Assembly (NCBI GenBank): GCA_016844955.1
Contig: JAERTH010000085.1
Span: 1,778-65,777 of the forward strand
Length of the DNA: 64,000 bases
Origin: Fidelibacterota bacterium
GTDB taxonomy: Bacteria > Fidelibacterota > UBA8477 > JABMPR01
Direction: 5' to 3'
Translations under genes and position numbers: made by a program
The notes under the pieces: generated by a model
Seen by the model: the letters and a program-made list of their open reading frames with translations, nothing else
Databases searched by the model: none
What the model was told of the DNA's origin: nothing
Shown: one piece after another, positions 22,158-32,978 of the stretch
How positions within the stretch are numbered: position 1 is the first letter of the stretch
Layout: each line of letters starts with the position of its first letter

Positions 22158-22637
22158 TTATTGTGTCGCTCTATCGTATAAATAGTATCCATTAATCAGA
22201 GTCACGGCCAGGTTGATATATGGAATAGCCGTACTTAATATTCTCCAGACAGTCCCTTTAACAATGATAGTATCATTGGGATATATTCTAGGAATATATT
22301 TATTATCCCCGGTTTCCAGAAATCTTTCAACGTTTGCGATGACCACTCTTGGCTCGCCCTCAGTTTCATTAAACCGCAGAATTCTTATGTTGTCAAGTTT
22401 TGCCATATTACTTGGACCACCAACATAACTAAGTATGGAAATAAGATCAGCATCGCTGGGAACTAACTTGACGCCAGGCTGCTTCACTTCACCCCATATT
22501 CGAATTGACATACTTAATTTTCCAGTTTCCGGATCAATGATGTAGCGTGGATCTGCGTTGCTCTGGTCCTTGTTTTGAGCCCAGGATACCTGGAACATCA
22601 ACAACATTAGCAAACCCATGAATAAACGTTTTATCAC
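22158..22637 (-). CDS. SLBB-domain (Wza-like beta-grasp) exported protein
   Basis: IWGEVKQPG, LSYVGG, NIRILR, PNDTIIV, C-terminal hydrophobic helix. GTG start chosen after SD GAGG. Confidence 0.78.
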   Translation of the reverse strand: MIKRLFMGLLMLLMFQVSWAQNKDQSNADPRYIIDPETGKLSMSIRIWGEVKQPGVKLVPSDADLISILSYVGGPSNMAKLDNIRILRFNETEGEPRVVIANVERFLETGDNKYIPRIYPNDTIIVKGTVWRILSTAIPYINLAVTLINGYYLYDRATQ

Positions 22638-22665
22638 TTTAAACCTCACATTTAACAAATAAACA

Positions 22666-23658
22666 CTAGAAATGGTAACTAATCCCAATTTTTTGTACAC
22701 CAGCCAGCTCATGCTGACTGAACGAGTAATCAATAATAAACTTTTTTAAGCCAATGCCAAGACCTAAGGAAGTTGCATTTCCATCGTGGCCAGCTCTGAG
22801 ATAAATGGCCTCTTTCACAATAGCTTCCAACCCATATTGTTGAATATTCTTGTATCGTGAGTGCACTGATCGCGTCAAGGTTAGCTCGCTATGAAATTTC
22901 TCAATGTGCTGCGTGATGCCAACCCCTCTTACCAGCACCCGCTTAATGGCATCCTGGTGCTCTGTTGACCAATAAACCGGCGTATTCAGAATATCACTAA
23001 AAAATAGACCTATTGAAAATTCTGTATTCAACAGGACATCGGTCATTCCGGCTAAATCAAAATACAATTGTCCACCAAAGTCAAATCCAGAGCCCAAACC
23101 TCGATTATCCACTAAAATCTTATCAAGATACTTAATCGACAAGCCAACTGGCATGCGACAAGGAATTCTAAAGAATTTCCAACCCAGGTTGATCTCAAAT
23201 TCGAAAGTTCTAGCGATAGAGAAAAATAGGGCGTCTTCTCTGTAATTGATCTTCTCCCCACGCCTATCCTGAAGAGAAAAGACTGAGTCTCTGCGAGCAT
23301 TTGGTGAGAGGTTGGAAAGGTTTGGGCGCGCAAACAACCCGTCCACCATGCTATGCACCAGGGTCAAACCATAGTTATAATAGCCATTGGTTTTGAATTT
23401 AGCTTCCAGACCAATATTATTGGAAAGTGCTCCGAATTGATCATAAACTAGCACTAACTGTGATCCTGAGCTCTGGGCAAATCCAGCAGGGTTATTCATG
23501 GCATGACCACTATTCACGTTTGTAGCAACTGTACTATATCCCAAAGATTGAGTTTGCGGGTAATAGCTTGCCAGTAGAAATGCATCAGCATACTCACCTG
23601 CTCGGAGAGTACTTATTAAAAGTAGAAGGATAATAATTTGCCGGCGAAATATGCTCAT
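22666..23658 (-). CDS. PorV/PorQ-like outer-membrane beta-barrel protein
   Basis: YADAFL...QSLG...NNPAG N-terminus, GFDFG, LRAG, IDYSF, terminal Phe; follows a PorU-like gene. Confidence 0.7.
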   Translation of the reverse strand: MSIFRRQIIILLLLISTLRAGEYADAFLLASYYPQTQSLGYSTVATNVNSGHAMNNPAGFAQSSGSQLVLVYDQFGALSNNIGLEAKFKTNGYYNYGLTLVHSMVDGLFARPNLSNLSPNARRDSVFSLQDRRGEKINYREDALFFSIARTFEFEINLGWKFFRIPCRMPVGLSIKYLDKILVDNRGLGSGFDFGGQLYFDLAGMTDVLLNTEFSIGLFFSDILNTPVYWSTEHQDAIKRVLVRGVGITQHIEKFHSELTLTRSVHSRYKNIQQYGLEAIVKEAIYLRAGHDGNATSLGLGIGLKKFIIDYSFSQHELAGVQKIGISYHF

Positions 23659-26600
23659 CGGTTCTTAACCATTTTTCCTACGGGACCCAGTAATTCCTGG
23701 CCTTCGCTATTACCTCTTATGCGATAAAAATACATGCCATTTGCAACAAATTTCTCATCTCTATCCCTCCCATTCCAGGGGACTTCATGATAGCCAATGG
23801 CACCCAGCGGAATACCTACACGCGCATTGAATGCATCGATGCTATGTAGTTTATACCCTGAGAGAGTGAAGATTTCGATGGCAATGTCATCCAGGGGTTG
23901 TGTGAGTTCATATATGATTAGAGTCTCACCTTCAAAAGGGTTGGGGAAATTGCCATAGTCAATAATCTCGGCATCACTGGAGACGACACTGGTCAAATCC
24001 ACCCTTTCAGACCAATTCCCCAAAGCATCAGCCACCCGGTATGAGATTTGATGCTCGCCCTCACTAAGCTCCAGGACTGAGGAAACACTCAAAATCAGCC
24101 CTCCCTTCGTGGTGTCACCCAACTGAATCTCTGTTGGACTTCCATCAACTAGAATTTCCACATGCCCATCGAACCAGGCAAAACCATTTTCATCTTCTGC
24201 GATGAGGTCAATCCTACTATTATCCAACATGTAGTCGCCATCAAAAAATAGCTGTCCCTCGATCATCATCGAAACATCTGGACCGGTATAGTTCTGCCTA
24301 ACACCAGTAGCAAAAATTCCAGTGGTGTTGAACTCGAATCCTTGTGCACTTGTTGTTGGTGCCTGCCATGATTGAAGTGATAGAGGCTTCACGAAAACTG
24401 AACGATCCGATGAAATCTGGATTGAAATTTCTGATGTATTAGTCTCAATTAAGTAAAGCGTTGAATCCTTGAAAAGCGTTACTCCAGGAAGGGTTGATAA
24501 CTCGTTTGTATAAGGAGCAACATGGATCCAAGTACTATCCGAGGCAGAAACTGTGAAGTTGTCATCTGACCAGAGCTTCAATGAATCTGAATTCACACCA
24601 TCAAAACTGAGACCGATATCCGGCAAAATCTGAAAGAAGTCTGGCACCAAAAAGGTAGTAACTGAATTATCACCAGGTGTATTGTCTTGATTATTCAACA
24701 GTGAACTTTGAACAGTAACAGAATCATCCCCAAAAAGTGAGGGGATAAAGAGGGTGCCGTCGCCCCCCATCAGATTGACAGATTTCGATATGGATTGGGT
24801 ATAGTTTGAGGCAAAAGATTCAAGCTCCAATATGGCCAGAACCTGGGGTGTCCCCTCCAGGGAGTACTCCAAAATGAATCCACACATATTACCAGCTGCG
24901 CCGATGGTTATGTCATTGAGTGATAAAGCTATAGCATCCGGTAGGTAAAGCCTAAAACTTGGAGACCGCTGGATATGTGTACCATTAGAAAATCCAGAGA
25001 ATGAATAAGAAGTTGTACCGCTCCCAGCAAACATTTCAGAAGGTGGGGTGAAACTCCACCACTCACCCACTTTTTCCATCTGGTAAACACCCTGGTTACT
25101 TCCAGTATATGATATAATCATGCTGTCAATCGATACAGATTCAGAATGAAAACGAACCCTCAGCGGGATGCGCGTAGATTCAGACAGATCCGCAGCAGTT
25201 GGTGGAGTGTGTTCAAACCAATCCGAAGAAATTGAATAGGGAGCATAACCACTTAGTGCTGGTGATTCGAGGCCACGATCAAGCGTGAATATGGCTCGCC
25301 CCTCACCAATGGCTGAAATTTCGGGTTGACTAAAAATATATTGCCGAAGGTCACCGGTGTTATACTGATGAGGTTGAGTCCACCAGGGTTGACCGTCGGC
25401 ATCAATTGGCAGAATCTTTATGTTTCCCTCAGGCTCTCCCCTATACCTCAGATCAATCTGATCTGCTGCACTATATATTGGAGATGCAGATTCTAATTCA
25501 TTTGAAATTTCAGGAAGCACCAATCTCGTCGTTGGATCTCCCAGATAATTATATTGAAACAGCATGGAGGGTTTTAAATAGTCGTAGCCACTGTTTGCCA
25601 GAAAATACTCCATCCGTGCTGTATTAATGATCTCACCTACTGTAGCTCTCGTTTCAAGAAGTTGCCTGAGCATGGGTTGAATCATGAGAAAATCGTTAAT
25701 AATCCAGCCAACACCTGATGAACCAAACCAACCAATTGCTCCAGATGGTGATTCAGTAAGAACAACTTCACCCAACCCGCGAGTCTGTGCAAACGAAGCG
25801 GTAAAACAGGTCATACTGGTTATAAATGCGGGCGGTACTTGTGGATCCAGATAATTTATGTCATCTCTTACAAAAAGTGAGCGATCTGCCCAGACTGCAC
25901 CACCACCGTGTCCCAGAAAATTTATCAGCAATTTTCCAGCATTCCACTGCGTGATTAGTGAATCAGTATCACCCCAAAAGATTTGCCCCTCTGAATCACG
26001 ATCGATAAAAATTCTAGAAGGCATGACTGTTTTTGGAATTGCATTCTTTAAAAGAGATTGTGTTTGAGTTTTGAATACTGGATCAAACCCTGCAATGGTT
26101 ATTATTTCGTTCTGCCAGGCACCATAATTTCCCCCATTTCCGTATCGAATCAGCTTATTCAATGAAATCTCTAAATCTTCAGGATCACTACATGGGATTC
26201 TACCGATTTTGAGGTCAGGCAAATAATCTTCACCATTAATCAGCGAGTACCAATAATCTGCCTCAGCAGCACCCCACCCATATGTCTGCATATAAAATGT
26301 AGGCACATTTCGAATGTGAACATCACGCTTGGCCTGTTGAGGATTGGCTATTGCATCCCCCAGAAATAACACAAATTCAGGATGAGAAGGCCATTGGTTA
26401 TTGGCATATCTCAAGAATGATTTTATGGCCAGAGGAGAACTGATTCCAGAATTGAATTCATCATAAATATCAGCAATAGATACTGCAATGGGGTTCCACC
26501 CTTCCTCCTCCTTAAACTGAAGATATTCTTCAAGACCATCCATAAAACCGGGCACGGCAATAATAATGAAGTCACCATCCTGCTCTCTGAGTGAAGCCAC

Positions 26601-28298
26601 TGTATCGGCAACTATATCTAGAGGCTGCAACAAGCCCTCGGAACTGGCAACCCAGTAGTCAGGAGTAGCATCTGAACATTGATCCTGAAACACCAGACTG
26701 TAATCCGGATTTGTAGCATCCCAATTTTCTCGAATGCTGTAACCGGTAATTCTAGATAACCCTTCTTTATATATAATCAGTTCAGGTGAGGAAAATCCCT
26801 TCACTTCAAATTCGAGATTTGTAGAAGGGTTTATGTCAGATTTTCTGAATCTGAGGGCATCGTTGTTGGCCTTGAGCAAATGCTCGTATCCAATCTCAAT
26901 CCAATTAAGCACGACTTTATCATAATTTCCTGGTTCTGTACTCACCGGGGCAAATATGGCCAATGTGTTATCGCCAGCTGTGGCAAGAATGTTATGGGAT
27001 AAATTTAATGCTGATGGTGAACTGAGTTCGTACTCCTCCTGCTGAGTCCAGCTTCCATCACCGATTGAATTGTCATTAAGAAATGCATAAATGGTATGTC
27101 CAGATGTTTCTCCAGGGGTCTCACTGTAGGTCAGGCCATGGAGACCGATAGTAATCTCAACATTCTCACTGGAACCACGAAAGGGATCTGGCAATGAGAA
27201 TTGAACCTCTTTTGTAACCCCGGAATTTACAGACTCCCAGAAGTAATGATCACGGGTTATACTCGGTAGGTCTGTATCTACCTGGCCCAGTCTTTCAAAA
27301 TCATTGTCCTCTTCTATATGTTGTATATCCCAGAAAGTGGTTGGCCTGACAGGGTTAGATTCATTCAGAGCGCCTGATTCATCTACAAATCGTAGACCAT
27401 TGTCTCCACCCCAATCAACCCAATAGACATTGATATCAGAAAATGGGTCAAAGTACTGAGATGAACCGCTGAAGAAATTCTGATGTCCAATAAAATCGAA
27501 ATAATCACCCTCATCGAATTCGCCATCACCCCCATCGTGAATGTAAATGGGCTGTTCCTGCCCCTTATTCCTCAATTTGATGGACCGGCTTGAGATAAAG
27601 GATGCTGAGAATCCATCCTCCTGCGCCAGAGAATCGTAATAAATCCGATAGATACCATCCTGCAAGAGGCTGATTTTGAAAATCCCTTCGCCATATCCAG
27701 AATTATTCGATAACGCTTGAAACGGGGTGGAATGTCGAATTTTGTTTAAGTAAATATTATTGGTTCCAGTCATTAAATCTGAAGCAAGATCGGTTGTGAT
27801 GAATACTTGAATTTGATCTGGGATCTCCCAACTCTGGGACAATTCGTTAAAAATAGCGCCGTGGACGTTGACAGCCCATAATTGGTAATCCGGCGTGTCG
27901 TCAATGAGTTTTAGATTCACCATTTGAGTAGAGTGAATGCCTTGAGTGGATATAGATTTATCAACTCCCTTAGCCATTTCCTGAACGGGGATAAATTGAA
28001 CTGGATGTGAAATATACTCAGGGTTTATAACTCTGGTCTCAATTCCTGGTGGACCATTTTTGGTGTAGATCAATTTTGAGAGCACAGGGATGCTCAAACC
28101 AGATTCTGAAATCGTATTGTTCCAGTCAGGAAACTCCATCCCTGAGTCAGTAAATTTAATCCCATCATCCTGAGGCGTATTTAGTTGCCATTCAATTTGA
28201 TTTGAGTGATGAGATACCACACTTTGAACAGGCGTGTTGCCTGAGACCGCAGACAGAATTGACCCAAACACCAGGGTCAGCAACAGCATTACTCGCAT
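23655..28298 (-). CDS. C25 (gingipain/PorU-like) cysteine peptidase with a C-terminal FlgD/T9SS-type CTD
   Basis: IYDEFNSG, FLGDA, IGRIP, catalytic NFLGHGG and SMTC, YLGDP; CTD NFPNPF...WNGRD...NGMYFYRI. Start reassigned to MRVMLLL. Confidence 0.85.
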   Translation of the reverse strand: MRVMLLLTLVFGSILSAVSGNTPVQSVVSHHSNQIEWQLNTPQDDGIKFTDSGMEFPDWNNTISESGLSIPVLSKLIYTKNGPPGIETRVINPEYISHPVQFIPVQEMAKGVDKSISTQGIHSTQMVNLKLIDDTPDYQLWAVNVHGAIFNELSQSWEIPDQIQVFITTDLASDLMTGTNNIYLNKIRHSTPFQALSNNSGYGEGIFKISLLQDGIYRIYYDSLAQEDGFSASFISSRSIKLRNKGQEQPIYIHDGGDGEFDEGDYFDFIGHQNFFSGSSQYFDPFSDINVYWVDWGGDNGLRFVDESGALNESNPVRPTTFWDIQHIEEDNDFERLGQVDTDLPSITRDHYFWESVNSGVTKEVQFSLPDPFRGSSENVEITIGLHGLTYSETPGETSGHTIYAFLNDNSIGDGSWTQQEEYELSSPSALNLSHNILATAGDNTLAIFAPVSTEPGNYDKVVLNWIEIGYEHLLKANNDALRFRKSDINPSTNLEFEVKGFSSPELIIYKEGLSRITGYSIRENWDATNPDYSLVFQDQCSDATPDYWVASSEGLLQPLDIVADTVASLREQDGDFIIIAVPGFMDGLEEYLQFKEEEGWNPIAVSIADIYDEFNSGISSPLAIKSFLRYANNQWPSHPEFVLFLGDAIANPQQAKRDVHIRNVPTFYMQTYGWGAAEADYWYSLINGEDYLPDLKIGRIPCSDPEDLEISLNKLIRYGNGGNYGAWQNEIITIAGFDPVFKTQTQSLLKNAIPKTVMPSRIFIDRDSEGQIFWGDTDSLITQWNAGKLLINFLGHGGGAVWADRSLFVRDDINYLDPQVPPAFITSMTCFTASFAQTRGLGEVVLTESPSGAIGWFGSSGVGWIINDFLMIQPMLRQLLETRATVGEIINTARMEYFLANSGYDYLKPSMLFQYNYLGDPTTRLVLPEISNELESASPIYSAADQIDLRYRGEPEGNIKILPIDADGQPWWTQPHQYNTGDLRQYIFSQPEISAIGEGRAIFTLDRGLESPALSGYAPYSISSDWFEHTPPTAADLSESTRIPLRVRFHSESVSIDSMIISYTGSNQGVYQMEKVGEWWSFTPPSEMFAGSGTTSYSFSGFSNGTHIQRSPSFRLYLPDAIALSLNDITIGAAGNMCGFILEYSLEGTPQVLAILELESFASNYTQSISKSVNLMGGDGTLFIPSLFGDDSVTVQSSLLNNQDNTPGDNSVTTFLVPDFFQILPDIGLSFDGVNSDSLKLWSDDNFTVSASDSTWIHVAPYTNELSTLPGVTLFKDSTLYLIETNTSEISIQISSDRSVFVKPLSLQSWQAPTTSAQGFEFNTTGIFATGVRQNYTGPDVSMMIEGQLFFDGDYMLDNSRIDLIAEDENGFAWFDGHVEILVDGSPTEIQLGDTTKGGLILSVSSVLELSEGEHQISYRVADALGNWSERVDLTSVVSSDAEIIDYGNFPNPFEGETLIIYELTQPLDDIAIEIFTLSGYKLHSIDAFNARVGIPLGAIGYHEVPWNGRDRDEKFVANGMYFYRIRGNSEGQELLGPVGKMVKNR

Positions 28299-28299
28299 A

Positions 28300-29136
28300 C
28301 TAGATGATAAGTGTGTTAAGAACTTTACGCAGCTGAATCTCATCAAGACCGCGTTTCATGATTCCATTATGGACATGTGAGAGTGTCCCAGTTTCTTCTG
28401 AGACTACCAGGATATGGGCATCCGTTTCTTCCGAAAGACCCAGGGCAGCGAGATGTCTTGTTCCCAGCTTCATTCTGGCCCCCTGAGGCTCTTCCGATAG
28501 GGGCAGAATACACTTGGCTGCTTCAATGACTTCATGGCTGATAATGATCGCACCATCATGCAGTGGTGAAGATGGGTTGAAAATAGAGACCAATAATTCG
28601 GCTGAGACACGTGCATTGATTGAGGCAGATTTCTCTTTAATATGTTTTAAGCCGACTTCGCCTTCCATCACAATTAACATACCCCACTTGCGATCCTGGC
28701 AGGTGAGCACAGCATTAACAATTTCACTGACCATTGCCAGATTCTTTACTCGGAATAAAGTTCTGACAAAGGGGTTTTGTCCTAAATAGATAAGCACACG
28801 TCTTAACTCAGGCTGAAATAAAATTACAGCAGCAATAACCCAGACAGTGGAAAGGTTCGAAAGAAACCAGGACATACCATGTAATTCTGCCCAGCGAACA
28901 ATCACTGAGAGTAGGGTCAATATCAATATACCGGACAATAACTGAGCTGCTCTTGTACCTTTAAAAATTTTGTAGAGCGAGTACAAGACGAATGCAACAG
29001 CCATGATATCCACCAGGTCGTATACACGAAAAGATATGAATGCGATGGAGAATAATTCAAAACGCCAAAAATTTATTGCTATGGCACCAACCAGTAGCCC
29101 AATGAGGATGTACAGAATGTTCTTTTTATCAGACAT
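28300..29136 (-). CDS. cdaA: Diadenylate cyclase CdaA/DacA
   Basis: TM helices followed by FQPELRR, PLHDGA, GTRH.AALGLSE, VVSEETG. Confidence 0.92.
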   Translation of the reverse strand: MSDKKNILYILIGLLVGAIAINFWRFELFSIAFISFRVYDLVDIMAVAFVLYSLYKIFKGTRAAQLLSGILILTLLSVIVRWAELHGMSWFLSNLSTVWVIAAVILFQPELRRVLIYLGQNPFVRTLFRVKNLAMVSEIVNAVLTCQDRKWGMLIVMEGEVGLKHIKEKSASINARVSAELLVSIFNPSSPLHDGAIIISHEVIEAAKCILPLSEEPQGARMKLGTRHLAALGLSEETDAHILVVSEETGTLSHVHNGIMKRGLDEIQLRKVLNTLII

Positions 29137-29145
29137 TAGCGCAAT

Positions 29146-30018
29146 TTAAACCGAATGCTTTTGAATGGCAGTGAAGATATCAAGAAGTTGTAGAGTTTCT
29201 GCAACGTCATGTACACGGAAAATGTAGACATCTTGAATGTAGGAGGCAATTACCGCGGCCAGTGAACCGCCGATGCGACGGTCTGGATCAGAAGCATCAA
29301 GCATCCCGATGAAAGACTTGCGTGATGCACCCAGCAGCAGGGGCCTGTTACAGGTATGCAGATGGCCAATATTCGCTAATATATTAAGATTATCTTCAAG
29401 CCGTTTCCCAAACCCAATTCCTGGGTCAAGGACAATTCGCGATCCAGGTATGCCTGCAGATTTGGCGGCTTCAAGTCTTTCCATAAAAAATTGCTGGATT
29501 TCACTTATAACGTGATTGTATTCAGGATATTCCTGCATGGTGGCTGGAATACCCTGCATATGCATCATCACATATCCAACTTGACTTTGAGCAATAAACG
29601 GTAACATCCGCTCATCATGTTTACCAGCCGAAATATCGTTCACAATCTGCGCACCCGCTTTTACAGCAGCCTGGGCTACTTCAAATTTTTGCGTATCAAT
29701 TGAAATGATGGAATCAGTTTGTGCAGCCAGAGACTCGATTATCGGTACTACTCGAGACATCTCTTCCAGGAACGGCACAGGTTTAGCTCCCGGACGGGTA
29801 GACTCACCACCGATATCGATGATATCTGCACCATGGTCAATTAGTGACAGTCCTTTCTCAACCGCATCCTGGCTTGTAAAATACTTACCACCATCACTAA
29901 AAGAATCAGGAGTAACATTTAGAATGCCCATGATGAGGGGCTTACTAAAATGGTACTCCTTATTTTTAATTGACCACAAAGGAACTTCTCTCTTTGATAC
30001 TGATATATGCTCAGTCAT
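29146..30018 (-). CDS. folP: Dihydropteroate synthase
   Basis: MGILNVTPDSFSDGG, GGESTRPG, DPGIGFGK, SRK, RVHDV. Confidence 0.96.
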   Translation of the reverse strand: MTEHISVSKREVPLWSIKNKEYHFSKPLIMGILNVTPDSFSDGGKYFTSQDAVEKGLSLIDHGADIIDIGGESTRPGAKPVPFLEEMSRVVPIIESLAAQTDSIISIDTQKFEVAQAAVKAGAQIVNDISAGKHDERMLPFIAQSQVGYVMMHMQGIPATMQEYPEYNHVISEIQQFFMERLEAAKSAGIPGSRIVLDPGIGFGKRLEDNLNILANIGHLHTCNRPLLLGASRKSFIGMLDASDPDRRIGGSLAAVIASYIQDVYIFRVHDVAETLQLLDIFTAIQKHSV

Positions 30019-30040
30019 AAAAGGAAGCGCTCTGTAATTT

Positions 30041-32398
30041 TTATTCTTTTATTCCATCCTGGGCAGGCTTGTCGGTTTCAGGTGATTCAGATGAATCAGT
30101 CGGTTTGGTTGATTTGGGTGCCCTCGGTTTTCTAGGTGCCCTTGGTTTACGAGCCGGTTTAGCTTCTTCAATCGGTTCTTCAACAACCTTTTCTTTTACG
30201 ACTTCCTTGGCCTGTTTTTCAGCAGGTTTGTCCTCACCCTTGGGCTTTGGATTTCTAGATCTCTGATCCTCGGGACGTCTTCTCTGATTGCCTGAACGCT
30301 GTCTTCCACGTTGAGGCTTTGAATCCTTTGAGTCATTAGATTCAGTTTTTATCCCCAGTAATCGATCCAGCTGTCTTCCATCTATGCTTTCCTTCTCAAG
30401 AAGAAGGTTAGATATGGATTCAAGCTTATCTCTATTTTTTGTGATAATATCTTTGGCCTTTTTGTATGCCGTGTCAATTATCTTACGTACTTCAGCATCT
30501 ATCTTCTTGGCCATATCCTCACTGAAATCACGGTGCATACCCAAATCTCTGCCGATAAAGATTTCCTCTTTTTTCTGGCCATAGGTCATGGGACCCATTT
30601 TGTCACTCATGCCCCATTCAGTGACCATCTTACGTGCCATGGCTGTGGCACGTTCTATATCATTGCCTGCGCCAGTTGTCATTTGATCAAGCACGACTTC
30701 CTCAGCCACACGACCACCCATAAGAATGGCTAGCATGCCCTCCATATAGTCTCGAGAGTAGTTGTAACGATCATCAACCGGTAATTGTGCAGTTAAGCCA
30801 AGTGCTCGGCCCCGAGGTATGATTGTGACTTTGTGGACAGGATCTGTGCCAGTTGTCATGCGAGCAACGAGGGCATGACCAGCTTCGTGAACGGCAGTGG
30901 TTCGTTTCTCTTTTTCGTTGATGACCATACTGCGTCGTTCGGTACCCATCATTACCTTGTCTTTGGCATTCTCAATATCGATCATGGCTACATTCTGTTT
31001 TTTATGCTTGGCAGCCAACAGAGCAGCTTCATTAATGAGGTTTGCTAGATCCGCACCGGACATACCTGGTGTTCCCTTGGCGATGATATCCAAACGTACA
31101 TTTTTAGCCAATGGGATGTTCTTCGCGTGTACCTTGAGAATAGCTTCTCGTCCACGCACATCAGGATTGTCTACTGTAATGCGTCGATCAAAACGACCGG
31201 GACGCAATAAGGCTGAGTCTAATACATCAGGACGATTTGTAGCCGCAAGAAGTATTATATTGTCAGTGGTCTCAAAGCCATCCATTTCAACCAGAAGTGC
31301 ATTCAGGGTTTGCTCACGTTCATCGTGACCACCACCGAGACCAGCACCTCTCTGGCGACCTACTGCATCAAGCTCATCAATGAAAATGATACATGGTGCA
31401 TTTTTCTTGCTCTGTTCGAATAGATCACGAACTCTGCTGGCTCCCACACCTACAAACATCTCTACGAAATCCGCGCCACTCAAGCTATAGAACGGTACAG
31501 AGGCCTCACCTGCTACTGCTTTTGCCAGAAGTGTTTTACCTGTTCCAGGAGGGCCAACTAACAGTGCACCCTTGGGAATCTTTCCACCCAATTTCTGAAA
31601 ACGATTGGGGTGTTTCAAGTACTGAACAATTTCGCGAAGCTCGTCTTTTGCCTCTTCACAGCCCGCAACATCTTTGAACGTAGTTTGGGGCTTTTCATTA
31701 TCAATGACCTTGGCTCTACTTTTACCAAAGGAGAATATGCCCTTGGTCCCACCACCAGATTGCATACGGCGCATGAGGAAGAACCAGAAAAAGATGATCA
31801 AGAACCAGGGTAGTATCTGGAATAAATAATCCAACCAATCACGGGTTTCATCCTGAAACTCATATTCAATCCCCATTTCATCCCAGACAGCAGTTACTTC
31901 ACTATCAATGGTGGGTGATAATACGACCCAAAATTTGGTGTATTCTGTTACTACTCCATTTATTTCAGTGGTTTCTGGAATCTTTAAGACACCATGGAAC
32001 TGATTTTTGATCAGGACAGCTGATTCAATTTTACCATCCAGCAGCAATTCACGATACTCAGTATAAACCAGCTTTTTAATTGGCTCAGAATCAGTGTTTA
32101 AAATCTGAGCAAAGAAGAATACTGAAACCAGTATTGCTACCCAGAGTAGCGTAGTTTTCAGTCCTTTTTGCCAGTTTTCATTGCCCTCAGCAGGACGAGT
32201 AATTTTGATGTTCGTGGATTTTTTTACCGGCGCCGGCTCTGAACGCTTCGGTCTGTTATCATGTCTTACATTTTTGTTGTATGGTTTTCTGGGCGGTCTG
32301 CGGCGTTGATTGGATTTATTCTCATTTCGTCTGGGACCTCTATCCTGGTTGCGCGGCGACCTATCCGTATTACGTGTAGGTTTCTTATCTGTACTCAT
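30041..32398 (-). CDS. ftsH: ATP-dependent zinc metalloprotease FtsH with long low-complexity tails
   Basis: Two TM helices, [25 protein letters not shown]. Confidence 0.97.
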   Translation of the reverse strand: MSTDKKPTRNTDRSPRNQDRGPRRNENKSNQRRRPPRKPYNKNVRHDNRPKRSEPAPVKKSTNIKITRPAEGNENWQKGLKTTLLWVAILVSVFFFAQILNTDSEPIKKLVYTEYRELLLDGKIESAVLIKNQFHGVLKIPETTEINGVVTEYTKFWVVLSPTIDSEVTAVWDEMGIEYEFQDETRDWLDYLFQILPWFLIIFFWFFLMRRMQSGGGTKGIFSFGKSRAKVIDNEKPQTTFKDVAGCEEAKDELREIVQYLKHPNRFQKLGGKIPKGALLVGPPGTGKTLLAKAVAGEASVPFYSLSGADFVEMFVGVGASRVRDLFEQSKKNAPCIIFIDELDAVGRQRGAGLGGGHDEREQTLNALLVEMDGFETTDNIILLAATNRPDVLDSALLRPGRFDRRITVDNPDVRGREAILKVHAKNIPLAKNVRLDIIAKGTPGMSGADLANLINEAALLAAKHKKQNVAMIDIENAKDKVMMGTERRSMVINEKEKRTTAVHEAGHALVARMTTGTDPVHKVTIIPRGRALGLTAQLPVDDRYNYSRDYMEGMLAILMGGRVAEEVVLDQMTTGAGNDIERATAMARKMVTEWGMSDKMGPMTYGQKKEEIFIGRDLGMHRDFSEDMAKKIDAEVRKIIDTAYKKAKDIITKNRDKLESISNLLLEKESIDGRQLDRLLGIKTESNDSKDSKPQRGRQRSGNQRRRPEDQRSRNPKPKGEDKPAEKQAKEVVKEKVVEEPIEEAKPARKPRAPRKPRAPKSTKPTDSSESPETDKPAQDGIKE

Positions 32399-32408
32399 TT
32401 ATATCCTT

Positions 32409-32978
32409 TTACAAATTCATATTTTCTGGAAAAGCCCATATGGATGGGAGATTCCTAAATTTTTGATCCAGATCCAATCCATATCCGACCAGGAATCGAT
32501 CTGCGACCTCAAAACCAACGTACTCAGCGTCAAATTTCAGCTTGAGACATTCAGGTTTTAACAACAATGATGCAAAGGTGACTGAACTTGGTTGATTTTC
32601 CAAAATGCGATGCTTTAGAAAGCGGGCTGTAAGACCACTATCAATTATATCTTCTACGATAATTACATCTCTATCCGTAATTATGCAGCTGATATCCTTC
32701 AGCAAGCGAACGGTTCCTGAAGATTGCGTGCCTGAATGATAGGAAGAAACTTTTATAAAATCAAATTCACAATCGATGCTAAGTTTCTTTGCCAGATCAG
32801 AGAGAAAAAATACTGAGCCATTCAATACACCAATAAGAATTGGAACCCGGCCCGCATAATCTTCTGATATTTGCTTGGCCAGTTCATCAACTCTTGCGGC
32901 AATAACCTCTTCAGAATAAATCTCCTCCAGTATCTGACCGGTATATTTCCCAAAATTTTCAACAACACGTGTTCTCAT
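32409..32978 (-). CDS. hpt: Hypoxanthine phosphoribosyltransferase
   Basis: GVLNGS, VEDIIDSGLT, FLVGYGLD, RNLP. Confidence 0.95.
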   Translation of the reverse strand: MRTRVVENFGKYTGQILEEIYSEEVIAARVDELAKQISEDYAGRVPILIGVLNGSVFFLSDLAKKLSIDCEFDFIKVSSYHSGTQSSGTVRLLKDISCIITDRDVIIVEDIIDSGLTARFLKHRILENQPSSVTFASLLLKPECLKLKFDAEYVGFEVADRFLVGYGLDLDQKFRNLPSIWAFPENMNL

